Assembly: GCA_000004695.1 (NCBI GenBank)
Contig: CM000152.2
Span: 2,144,001 to 2,208,000 of the forward strand
DNA: 64,000 nucleotides
Direction: 5' to 3'
Origin: Dictyostelium discoideum
Lineage: Eukaryota
Both the position numbers and the translations under genes were made by a program. This document shows positions 21,925-42,380 of the stretch, piece by piece. How positions within the stretch are numbered: position 1 is the first letter of the stretch; each line of letters opens with the position of its first letter. A model generated the notes under the pieces. That model saw only the letters and a list, made by a program, of their open reading frames with translations, was not told the origin of the DNA and did no database searches.

Positions 21925-22621
21925 TCAAAAAAATTAAAAAAATAAAAAAAAAAAAAAAAAAAAAAAAAAACTATATTTTCCAAATATATTCAGTTTCATT
22001 TACAAATAATAAACTTTATTATTGTTAATTATTAATACACAACATATCTAAATACAATTTCCAACAAAATTTATTATTTATTTTTTTTATTTTTTTTTCA
22101 AAACAATATTTTTCTTTTTTTTTTTTCCATTGAAATCTTTGCAACGTTTTAATAAAAAAACAAAAACAAAAAAATCGTCATTGTACGAATGGTTAATTTG
22201 TTTTTGTGGGTGTCAAACCAAAAAAAAAAAAAAAAAAAACAAATAATTAAGCGCTGGTGGGTTTGTGTGGCCTCTTTTATTTTTTTTATTTTCTATGCGA
22301 CTCCTCTTAATAATTAATCCTTACACCAAATAATTTTATTTATTTTATTTTTTTTTATTTTATTTTTTATTTTATTTTTCTCGCATCCAACCGACTTTAA
22401 AGTATCACAAAAAAAAAAAAAAAAAAAAAAAAAATCAAAAAAAAATCAAAAAAATCAACGAATTTATGAAAATATTTTTTTCTAATCACAAAAAAAAAAA
22501 AATAAAAAAATAAAAAAACTCTTTGTATGGTTTAAAACTCAAAATTTCCCACATCAAAACTCTATTGATTATTCAATTTGAAAGAATATTTTTATCATTT
22601 TTTTGAGGTAAAAAATTTAAA

Positions 22622-26410
<3,789 letters not shown>

Positions 26411-27055
26411 ATTAATTATAATTCACCATCATCTTTTTCTTGTAAATAAATAAAAAAAAATAAAAATTAGAAAAAATAAAAAACAATTATGTCATTCTTT
26501 CAAATTTAATTTCTTGTCTTGAAGTTTTTAATTTTTACTCTTATAGTATATTTGTGATAAACTTTTATTTTTTTTTTTTTAAAAAAATAAGGTGTAAATA
26601 TAAAAGACTTTTTTTTGTTTTTTGGGTTTTTAGACAATGTTAGGAGGAGTTAGTGTTAATTGATTCATAATATTATAAAGTATAAAATGTAGTTGCCTAC
26701 GTGTTAACAATTCTTGATCAATTCTTAATGTTTAAAATAAAAAAACTAAATATTTTTTCATATGTTCACTTTATTTTAGTTTTAGAATTAAAAAAAAAAA
26801 AAAATAGAATCAATAGAATCAAGATATTTTTTTTTTTTATAAAGAAACTTCAATATTTTATTTTTAATTTTTATTTTTTTTTAACTAAAAACATAAAATA
26901 ATATCTTCTATAGAATTGTTTTTTTTTAATCTAAATTAATTTAAAAACTGTTAAATTTATGATAATTTTAATATTTACTGACTATAAATAACTTTTTTTT
27001 TTTTTTTTTTTTCATCCTAATTAATAATTAATTAAAATCGAAATAAACCAAAAAA

Positions 27056-27144
27056 ATGTTATTAAAAATTTCTTTAATTTTATGCTTCTTTATCTCATTA
27101 TCAATGGTATAGGTTTATTATAAAAAAAAAAAAAAAATAAAAAA

Positions 27145-27215
<71 letters not shown>

Positions 27216-27942
27216 ATAGATAAATAAATAAATAAATAAATAAATAAAATAAAAAAAAAAATAATAATTACTAATTAGTAATGTTTAAAAATAAAAGGGA
27301 TTTTCAATTAATCAAGGAAATATTCCAAAAGTTACAATTAAAAATGAGGTTGAATCTTATACATATTCAAAAGATGCAGGTTTTACAAGTGGTAAATCAC
27401 AAGATGTAGATTTTACTGGAGGAACAAGTGGTCCATCAAAAATCAATGATCATTCAAATAATATTCAAAATCCAGTTGAATCTTATACATACTCAAAAGA
27501 TGCTGGTTTCACAAGTAGTCAATCATCAGCACAATCAAATCCAACCTCAACAACTGGTCAAGGTAATAATGCAAATGGTCAAACTAAGAATCCAGTAGAA
27601 TCATACACATATTCAAAAGATGCTGGCTTCACAAGTGGTCAATCATCAGCACAATCAAACCCAACATCAACAACTGGTGAAGGTAATAATTCAAATGTTA
27701 AAACAAAGAATCCAGTAGAATCATACACATATTCCAAAGATGCTGGTTTCACCAGTGGTCAATCATCAGCACAATCAAACCCAACCTCAACAACTGGTCA
27801 AGGTAATAATTCAAATGTTCAAACAAAGAATCCTGTAGAATCATACACATACTCAAAAGATGCTGGTTTCACTAGTGGTCAATCAACACCATCTAATCCA
27901 ACTTCAACTGGTCATGGTAATGGAATTACAATTTATCATTAA
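27056..27942 (+). CDS. Small secreted protein built from five tandem ~40-aa repeats (NPVESYTYSKDAGFTSGQSSAQSNPTSTTGQGNNSNVQTK); 2 exons: 27056..27106, 27298..27942
   Basis: Exon 1 encodes the signal peptide MLLKISLILCFFISLSM and ends at donor GTATAG. A 191-nt intron carrying an (AAAT)n microsatellite runs to acceptor AAAAG at 27297. Exon 2 (645 nt, frame verified) encodes five 120-bp direct repeats at 85-95% identity. The exons are not in the ORF track because exon 2 has no ATG. Confidence 0.5.
27143..27248. repeat. (AAAT)n microsatellite inside the intron of the secreted repeat-protein gene
   Basis: About 25 tandem aaat units are seen directly. Shorter (AAAT)n copies are at 16561-16606 and 28991-29030. 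Confidence 0.9.
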
Positions 27943-28139
27943 TAATTATTTCTAAAATAAAAAATAAAAAATAAAAAATAATTATTCAGAAAAAAAAAAA
28001 AAAAAAAATACATTTAATTTTTAATTTCTTTTTTTTTATTTTAAAAATAAAGTTTTAATTTATTTATTTAGTTTTATTTTATTTTTTTTCAGTTTTTTTT
28101 ATTTTTTATTTTTACCATTTTAATTTAAAAAAATAAAAT

Positions 28140-28512
28140 TTATTTGTTGATATGATATTTCTTGATATGGTTAATAAAATTACCATCATGTCTTTCGTTT
28201 GTGCATAATGGACATACAATATAAATACTTTTTAATAATTGTTCTTGATGACATTCTAATAAATGTAATGCCAATTCATGTTCATCATAACCTTCACTTA
28301 AACAGTTTAAATATGGACATGCATAAATTTCTTCTTGGTTATTAAAATTTCCAAACATTTTAAATAATTCTTGATTTTCATCATCGTCAATAAAATATTC
28401 ATTTTCGTCATTATAATTGAACTGATTCATAAAATCAATAGAACAAGTATCACAGAAACTAAAAAAGGAAAAAAAAAAGGAAAAAAAAAAATTATTAATT
28501 AGTTTTTAATTT

Positions 28513-28544
<32 letters not shown>

Positions 28545-28712
28545 CATTTTCTAACTAAAAAAGAAGAAATTAAAATTAACATACCCATTTATATCATTAC
28601 ATTTTGATTGACCATTATTATTATTACTATTGTTATTGTTATTATTGTTATTGTTTAAATAATCATGATTACATGGAATAATTACTAAACTTTGATTATT
28701 GTCTAAATTCAT
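28140..28712 (-). CDS. Small C2H2-type zinc-finger protein (148 aa), 2 exons: 28712..28585, 28458..28140
   Basis: Exon 1 MNLDNNQSLVIIPCNHDYL(N)n...KCNDIN ends at donor GTATGT, with a 126-nt intron to acceptor TTTTTTAG. Exon 2 carries ...FCDTCSIDF...ACPYLNCLSEGYDEHELALHLLECH and CPLCTNERHDGNFINHIKKYH (C-x2-4-C...H-x3-4-H). Frame consistent: 128+319 nt. Confidence 0.5.
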
Positions 28713-28996
28713 TTTCCTATTTTTTTTGTTTTATTTTAATTCGAGATTTTTTTTTTTTTTTTTTTTTTTTTTAAATAAATAATAAATAAAATATATTTTA
28801 TAATTAAAATATAGATTGTTTGTACAAGAAATAAGAAAAAAGGTTTTTTTTTTTTTTTTGTTTGTTTTTTTTTTTTTAATAAATTGATAAAGATATTTTT
28901 TTTTTTTTAAAATAAAAAAAAAAATTATTTGATTTTTATATGAATTATTAAAACAATTAAAATAAATAAGTAAATTAAAATAAATTAAATTTAAAA

Positions 28997-29031
<35 letters not shown>

Positions 29032-29161
29032 AAAAATAAATAAAAATATAAATATAGATAATATAAAAAGGGAGTAATTATGATTAATTGATTTGGTTTT
29101 GATTAGATTTTTATTTTTTTTTAGTCTATTTAAAAAGTTTTTAATGATGTGGAATTACATG

Positions 29162-29221
<60 letters not shown>

Positions 29222-30693
29222 ATAAAATTAAAATAAAATATGGTTGAGGTGATTTCTATCTATATATGGTCAATATCAAATCAAACAAATACTGATCACT
29301 CACCATAAAAACAAAATAAACAATTATTGAAAAAAGGAAAAAAAAATAAAAATAAAAATAAAAATAAAATAATTAAATGATAAAATAAATAATACACACA
29401 CGCACACACTCTCTCACTTATTTTTATTTTTTAATTTTTTATTTTTTATTTTTTATTTTTTATTATATTTTATTTTAAAATTTAATCTTTTAATAATTTT
29501 ATAATTATTATCTATTACTATTTAATAAAAATTACTAGTAGAAGTAATAATAATAGATCCAGTAAGGTTACTGGCATTTAGGATAAAAAATCACATTTGC
29601 AATGATTTCCATTCTTGATATGATTTTATAATAATTTTAATAAAAAAATTTTGAAAAAAAAAAAAAGCTATTGATTTTTGTGAAGATTGATTTTATCATA
29701 ATTTGTTTTTAATTTGATTGTTTTAATTGGTTAATATAGCATTTATTTTAAGTATAATGTTGGGTCTTGAAAATAAAATTTTAAAAAAATAAAACAAAAT
29801 TATAAAAAAATAATAATAACGCCACATTCACACATTCACACACACACTCACATACTCGTTCAAACACGAGAGCACATTAACGACAATTACCCTATCTCTA
29901 TTTATTTCACTATAATCATTCACTCACTCACCCACACACACACTCCTGGTTTTTTTTAAAAAAAAATTTTATTTTTAAAATCATTATTTGAACATTTTAC
30001 AAAATAAAAATAATAAAAAAAGTATATTTCAAATGAATTACAGAAAGTCTTTATAATAATTTTCATCTATCTCTCAATGATCTCTATTAATTTTATTAAT
30101 TTACTAATTTATTAATTAAATTTTAACAATCAAAAGAGATTGGATGATTTTTTTTACTTAAAAAAAAAAAAAAAGAAGATTAATTTATTAATATTATATT
30201 AATTAAAATAAATAAATTAAAAAATAACATGAAAATTAAAAATAAAATTAAAAATAAAATATTAAATTAAAATTATAAAAAATAACCAATTATTATAATT
30301 TAAAAATAAAGTTAAAGTTTTTTATTTTTTTTTTATTTTTTTTTTTTATTTTTTTTTTCTTTTAATTACTTTTTTAATAATAATAATAATTATTATTATA
30401 ATATTGAATTTCAAATTGTGTTATAACGAAAAAAATGATTAAAACTATTTGTATTACTTTTTTTTGATATTTTTTGCTATTAATTTATGGTCAATTTAAT
30501 TTTTTTGGATATTTCAACATTAAAACCTTTTTATAAAAAGGTTGGAATTTGGCATTTGAAAAAAAAAAAAAACAGAATAGCTATATTCATTTTATATGAT
30601 TTTGTTCATTTTTGAGTGGCCTATTTTTGTATACTAAATTCATATTATAAATAAATAAAATTAATTCATTGTTGTAAGTAAATAAAAATGAAA

Positions 30694-30728
<35 letters not shown>

Positions 30729-30874
30729 TTTCAAAAATTTCGTGAATTGCCAACTTTTTTTTTTCTTTTTTTATTTTTAATTTTTTTTTTTTTTTATTTT
30801 CATTAAAATAGTTGGAACGTGACTATTGAAAACTTTGTATAAAAAAAAAAAAAAACCAAAAAAAACCACAACAG

Positions 30875-30992
30875 ATGGTAGGATTAAAAGATACCACTGA
30901 AGAAAATAGTAATGGAGAATCTACTTTATCACAAAATATAAAACAAAATATAGATAGAATTTATAAATCTTCAATATTGAATACATTAAAAT

Positions 30993-31044
<52 letters not shown>

Positions 31045-32510
31045 AACATCAACAACCACAAATACAAATAATAATAAAACATCAATTGACGATAATGGTG
31101 AAGATGAATCAAAAAGGATAAAATTATATTCAAAAATTAAAGATGAATATGAACCAGTTAAAGATTTACCAATGGTAGCACCACAACAAAGAAAACCTGC
31201 TGCTACTGCTAAACAAACTTCAACACCTACAACTACCTCAACAGAATCAAAACCAACTATTGAAGAAATGGAAATTGATAAATCAATTGATAATATAATA
31301 AAAAGTTTACCAAAACAAGAGTATGTATATAAGTTAATAAATATATATAAATATAAATTATTATTTTTTAATATTAATATTTTTTTTTTTTTTTTTTTTT
31401 ATAAGTGAAAAAAGAAGAAAAATTGAAGATGATAAAAGTTCACAAATTACAATATATAATAAAACAAATACAGATGATATAAATAATAGAACATTAATAA
31501 ATCAATATGAACCATTAACTTATACAAAACCAGAATGGCATCCACCATGGAAATTAATGCGTGTAATTAGTGGTCATACAGGATGGGTTAGAGCAATAGC
31601 AGTTGATAAATCTAATGAATGGTTTGCAACAGGTAGTACAGATAATACTATAAAGGTATGGGATTTAGCATCTGGTGAATTAAAGGTAACCTTGACAGGT
31701 CATGTTAGTGCCATTAGAGGATTGGAGGTGAGTTCGAGACATCCTTATCTCTTTTCAGTGGGTGAAGATAATAAGGTGTTATGTTGGGATTTAGAGTCCA
31801 ACAAACAAGTTAGAAACTACTATGGACATAGGCAAGGTGTTTACTCGGTTGCACTTCATCCAACATTGGATGTATTGTTTAGTGGTGGTCGTGACAATTG
31901 TGTACGTGTTTGGGATATGAGAACCAGAGCAAACATATTCGAAATGAAGGGTCACAAAGGAACAATTCTATCTTTGAAATCTCAAAATGCAGATCCACAA
32001 GTTATCTCTGGCTCAATGGATACCACGGTGAAACTTTGGGATTTAGCAACGGGTACAAGTGCTGCAACTCTAACCAATCATAAAAAAGGTGTACGTTCAA
32101 TGGTAATTCATGAAAAGGAGTACTCATTCGCCACTGGTGCCGCTGATAATATTAAACAGTGGAAATGTCCTGACGGTTCCTTTATAAAGAATCTATCGGG
32201 TCATAATTCAATCATCAATGCTATGGCATTGAATGCTGATAATGTTTTGGTTAGTGGTGGTGATAATGGTTCAATCAGTTTTTGGGATTGGAAAACTGGT
32301 TATTGTTTTCAAAAAACTCAATCAATCGTTCAACCTGGTTCATTGGAAGGTGAAGCTGGCATTTTCGATATGGCTTTCGATAAAACTGGTTCAAGATTAA
32401 TCACTTGTGAAGCTGATAAAACTATTAAATTTTATAAAGAAGATGAAGATGCAACACCTTATACTCATCCTGTTGTTGATTGGAAACCAAAAAATAATGA
32501 TCGTTATTAA
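30875..32510 (+). CDS. Pleiotropic regulator 1 (PLRG1/Prp46/PRL1) WD40 spliceosomal protein, 2 exons: 30875..31320, 31406..32510
   Basis: Donor GTATGT at 31321 with an 85-nt intron. The C-terminal 330 aa align from memory with PLRG1 orthologs across all seven WD repeats ([27 protein letters not shown]..., [36 protein letters not shown]). Confidence 0.85.
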
Positions 32511-32876
32511 TAATAATAATTATAATAATAATAAAATTAAAAATAAAAATAAAAAAATATCTTTTTTTTTTATTTCCAAACTTTGGTAAACTTTTTTTAT
32601 TTTTATTTTTTTTTTTTTTATTATTGTTGAATTTAGATAGTGGAAAAAAAAATTACTATGAAAAATAAAAAAGGTAAAACGGGTTTTTTTTTTCCTAAAG
32701 TGTCGAATTTAAATTTTTTATCAATATTTTTTTTTTTTTAAAAATTTTTTTAAAAAAAAAGGAAAAATCTTTTTAATTTTCATTTTTTTTTTTATTTTTT
32801 TATTTTTTTTTATTCTTTATTTTTTTTTTTTTTTATAAATACTTTAAAAAAAAAAAAAATAAAACAATATTAAATA

Positions 32877-36563
<3,687 letters not shown>

Positions 36564-37106
36564 TAAATAAGAATTAAAAAAAAAAAAAAGACATTGAAAC
36601 AATTGTTTTCACATTTTTTCATTGTTTTTTTTTTCAAATAAAAATCCCATTTAAGCGAAACTATGACCAAATTTTGGCAAAAGAATTTTTTTTTATTTTT
36701 TTTTTTATTTTTTTTATTTATTTTTTTTATTTTTTTTAATTTAATTTTTAATTTTTTATTTTTTATTTTTTTTTTCTTTTTCTTTTTCTTTTCTCATTTA
36801 AAAAGAAAGAAAAAGAAAATTTGGTTCAAAAGATAATTAATTAATTAATTTTGGAGTTAATCTATTCAATCAATCGTATGTATGTATGATATTAAATAAT
36901 GTTTCATTATTGAGCAAATCAGTTTTAGTGAAATGATAATATTATCATAAGGATGCACTCAATTTTATGAAACTGTATAAAAAAAAAAAAAAAAAAAAAA
37001 TATAATAAAAAACAATGATTTTGTTGTGTTTGTGTGTTTAAAAATATATATTTATTTTATTATTATTATTATTATATTATTCATACCATTAAAATAATAA
37101 TAAAAA

Positions 37107-37137
<31 letters not shown>

Positions 37138-37331
37138 AATAATAATTTAATTAAATAAAATATTAAAAATAAATAAAAAATATCATTTTAATTTATTTGT
37201 TTTTTTTTTTTTTTTTGAAAGATACATTGTGAAGTATTTGGGAGCCCACTTATTTAAACCCCCAATTACCACCAATTACCACTCACATAAAATAATTTGA
37301 TAATGTAAATAAATTATTAAATTTTTTTTTT

Positions 37332-37389
<58 letters not shown>

Positions 37390-37907
37390 CCTAACCACAT
37401 ACACACACTCACAAATGTTACTACTTCCATTATATAACAATAAAAAAATACAATAGCATATATGCCAAATATAAACATTTAAATTTTACAAATAATATTT
37501 GCTGTGTTTTTATTTTATTTTTTTTTATTTTTATTTTTATTTATTTTTATTTTTCTTTTTTTTTTAAAAGTTATTTAAAAAATATATTTTTTTTTTTTTC
37601 ATTTATTTATTTATATTTTAAATAAAACTGGTTATAATTATTATTATTATTATTGTAATACTGTTGTTTTTTTTTAATTATTTTTTTTTAAATTTTTTTT
37701 TAAATAAATAATATTTCATACTACTACAATTTTTTTTTTTTTTTTTTTTATTATTATCAAAAGTCACCATTCACTCATAGCTCTCAATAATAATAATCCA
37801 TAATAAATATTTTTTAATTAATTAAAAAATAAAAATTAAAAATAAAAATTAAAAAATAAAAATTAAAAAAATAATAAATAATAATAATAATAAAAATTAA
37901 TAATCAA

Positions 37908-37948
<41 letters not shown>

Positions 37949-37976
37949 AAAAAAAAAAAAAAAAAAAAAAAAAAAT

Positions 37977-38423
37977 ATGATTGAATCAATATTTTCTCAA
38001 CAACAAATTGAGCAAGAGAAAAAAGAATCATTAAATAATAATAAATTAAATATTTATACTGAAGAAAAAGAGGAAGAGGAAGAACAAACCCTTTCATCTT
38101 CTGGTATAAACAAAACTCCAAATATTAATTTTAACGAAGATATTGATAATAATATCAATATTGACAATATTAACAATATTATCGATAATATCGGTTTTAT
38201 TTGTAATAATAATAATAATATTAATAATATTAATAACAATAACAATAAAAGTAATAATTTTGGTCCAACCGAAATGACAGGATTTGATAATTCTGAAGAG
38301 TCAAGTGACAGCTCAGGTGATATTTCTATATCATCTGAATTTGATTCACAATCATTGTCTAATAGCACTAGAAATGCCTTTGTTAACCACCATAACAATC
38401 ACAATCACCATAATAGCCATAAC

Positions 38424-38458
<35 letters not shown>

Positions 38459-38886
38459 TACTAATATTAAAAACCCTCCTATTGTGCCAACGATACCTTT
38501 AAACCTTTTACAAGATACCAATACAAATAGTAATAATACTGAACAACAACAACAGCAACAACAAAATAATTCACCAAAATCTTCAAGATCAAGGGGCAAC
38601 ACTCCAAAAAAAGAGAAATCATTTACAGATACTCTTAGTTTAATCTCCCCAAGATCCATATTAGGTAAAAAGGATAAAAAGGTAAAACAACTTTCATCAT
38701 CACCACAATCACCACCACCACCAACACTAGATGATAAAATTTTAAATTCTGCTTTGGATTCATCTTTATTGGATTCAAATAATAATAATAAAAATAATAG
38801 TAACAATAATAATAACAATAATGATAATAATGAAAATGAAAATAATAATGGAAATATTGATAATTATAACATTGATAATAATGTAG

Positions 38887-38970
<84 letters not shown>

Positions 38971-40169
38971 GTAATAATAACACCGATATTAGCAATATTG
39001 ATATTAATACAGAAATAACAGAGATATCACCATCAACTCAATCATTACAAACTTCCTCATCGAGTATAAATAAACCAATTTTGGTTATTCCACCTCAAAC
39101 TACTCAGCAAGCACCAAAAAAAAGATGGTTTGGCGGTTTATTTAGTAAAAAACAAAAGAATCCAGAAAGTGATAACAGTACTAAATCCGATAATAATGAT
39201 AATAGTAATAATTATAATAATAGTATATTGAATACACCATCAACTCAATCAACACCATCTACATCGTCAACTCAATCAACACCACCATTAAATGATTTTA
39301 AATATCCAATGAATAATAGTAATGGTGGTATACCAATTTATAATCATAATCATATTGGTGGTAGTATTAATTATAGTAATAATAATAGTAATGGTAATAA
39401 TAATAATAGTAATAATCACATAGCATCATTATCAATATCATCATACTCACCAGGTGGTGTAGTATCACCCTTGGTCCAACAACCATCACCATCTTATCAT
39501 ACTAGTTTAGTTAAACCAAATGGTGTTTATAGAAAAGGATCATTACCAAACACTAATTTACTTCATAGATCATTGACCAATCAAAATGAAGTCAATGCAT
39601 TAGGTGGAATATCATCGTCATCTTCTTCATTTTCACCAAATAGAGCCTCACCATCTTCCATATTTATAAATAAATTAAGTTCTAGTGGAAATTTTAATAG
39701 TAGTAATAGTAATAATAATAATAGTAATAATATTTATCATCATAATTTATCAGAGACAGGATCATCATCACCAAAATTATTTATTAATAATCTTCATGTA
39801 AATAATAATAATAATAATTTAGGTTTATCATCCTCAAGTACACAAGTTATGTCTTTTTCATCAGAATCGGTATGGGCAATGATCTCATCGAATTGGGAGG
39901 AATGGTCAGAACCACATTTAAGACCAATTCTAACTAAACATGTCCATCAAGGTATTCCAGAGAAATATAGACCACAAATTTGGTATCACTTTTCAAATAT
40001 GATACCACAACCATCGATAATACCAACTTGCTCCGTACTTGCGTTATCTCACTCTTCAAATAAAATTAATACAAATGTTTCAACGTTAACACCATTATCA
40101 ACACCATTATCAACACCATTATCACAAACACCAACTTTTAAATCTTCGTCATCAACTTTATTCGAACCA

Positions 40170-40259
<90 letters not shown>

Positions 40260-41666
40260 CAATTTTCATCAATTTCATCAGATTCTGGAAGTGTTCCAAT
40301 AACTAATGGAATTGGTAATAGTGGTTCTTTAAAAAAAAGTTCAAGTAGTAGTAGTGGTTTAAATAATAGTTTGGGTATTCCATCACTACAACATCAACAA
40401 TCAATAATGTCACCTTCAATTTTATCTGTAAATAATAATAATAAAAATAATAATAATAATAATCAATCACCAAAAGTTTTAAATAGGTTATCGATTATAC
40501 ATTCACATCCAACAAATAGACCACATAAATGTTTTTATCGTAGTATTATAAAATTCCCATGTAAAGATGATGAACAAATTGAAGTTGATTTAATTAGATC
40601 ATTTCCAGAGACAGAAAGTGAATTGGTTGAAATTTATACAGGACAATTAAGGAATGTATTGAAAGCAATTTCTCTATTTGATCCAGAGATTGGATATTGT
40701 CAAGGTATGTCATTCGTTGCAGCTTTGATTATACCTTATCTCTCAGAGGAGGAAGCGTTTCATATATTGGTTCGACTTTTTAATGGTGTAATGAGAGATT
40801 TCTATGGTGTTGGTATGAAGGCTTTACAATTAAGAGTATTTCAATTGAAAAAGTTTGTAGAATTATTATTTCCAAAACTTCATGCTCATTTGAATGAAAT
40901 TGAATTGGATATTTCAATATTTACATCACCATGGTTCCTAACGGTGTTTGCTTATCACTTCTCTGATGAGGTGGCAACTAGAATATTGGATGTTATCTTT
41001 TTACAAGGTTTAGAAGCATTCTTTAGTGTGGCATTGGCAATCTTTCAAATCATTGAAGCTGACCTAATGGAATGTTCAGAAAACTCTCAAGCAATGGCTT
41101 ACTTTAGAAATAATACCAAAACAAAGATTGATGTTGACACTTTAATGACAACCGCTTTTAAAATCAGAGTTAGTCAAACTCAATTGGCAAACTTTAAACA
41201 ACAATTCGATTCAGGTTTTAAACCATCGGTTATAACAGTTTTTAATCCTGATGAACTACCTGAAAAGAAAATTAAAGATCCAAGATGGACCGTTAAAAAG
41301 TATAAATTAAAAGAAAGAATTTCAAATTTAGAAGATGATTTAGCTCTATCAAAACAAGAATTACATTATACAAAAGATAAACATGAAGAGGAAAAGAATC
41401 AAACAATTAACCATCTTAGAGATGTTGCTGATCGTGAATTGTCTCAACAAGAACATACTCGTTTTTTAGAATCAAAATATATTCAAATGGAAAAAGATTA
41501 TCAAAATCAAAAACAACAATTGGCTCAATATGCAAATATAAATTTAAATTTAACACAACAAAATAATTCTCTAAAATCTGAATTAGAAAGTATAATATGG
41601 CAAAATAATCCAAAGAAATCAATTAAATTCATTAAAGATGATATTACTTTAAATCAAAAAAAATAA
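37977..41666 (+). CDS. TBC-domain Rab GTPase-activating protein
   Basis: The C-terminal third has both catalytic fingers of TBC RabGAPs: IxxDxxR (IEVDLIRSFP) and YxQ (GYCQGMSFVAALII), plus the flanking conserved helices (RPILTKHVHQGIPEKYRPQIWY ... FTSPWFLTVFA). The N-terminal 800 aa are N/S-rich low complexity, and a coiled-coil tail follows. Single long exon. Confidence 0.8.
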
Positions 41667-42015
41667 TAAATATTTATATATAAATATATAATATATCAAA
41701 AAAAAAAAAAAAATAAAAAAAAAATAAAATAAATAAAAAAAAAAAAAAAAAAAAATAGAGTACATTTATTTTGTTTACATTTATTTTTTTATTTTATTTT
41801 TTTATTTCTAAACTAACTTTTGCCTCAAAAGATCAACCTTAATTTATTAATAAATTTATATTTAATTTAACAAATCTTAAAGTTTTAATTGTTTTATCGG
41901 TTTTTTTTTTTTTTTTTTTTATTTTTTTATTTTTTTTTTTTTTATCGATAACTTATACGATTCAAGTAATTGGTTTATTTATACATAAATGGTTAAGTTC
42001 AATTTCTCATAAAAA

Positions 42016-42048
<33 letters not shown>

Positions 42049-42380
42049 TGAAAATAAAAAGATAAAAATAAAAATATGCAAAAGTAAAAATAAAAATGTT
42101 CATCAAAAAAAAAATAAAAAACTATTCTTTGAATTTTAAAAAATGACTTTCCATAAAATATCATAAAAACTAAAAAAAATTAAAAAAAAAAATAAAAATA
42201 AAAATTTTTGAGATCATTTTAAAATTATTATTTTCATTCAACAAAACAATTATTTGAAAAAAAGCCACTTTTTTTTTTGAAAAACCCTGTTTTTTTTTTT
42301 TTTTTTTTTTTTTTTTTGCCATATTATTTTTTTATTTTATTTTTTTATTTATTTTTATATAAATACTTTAAATAATAAAA

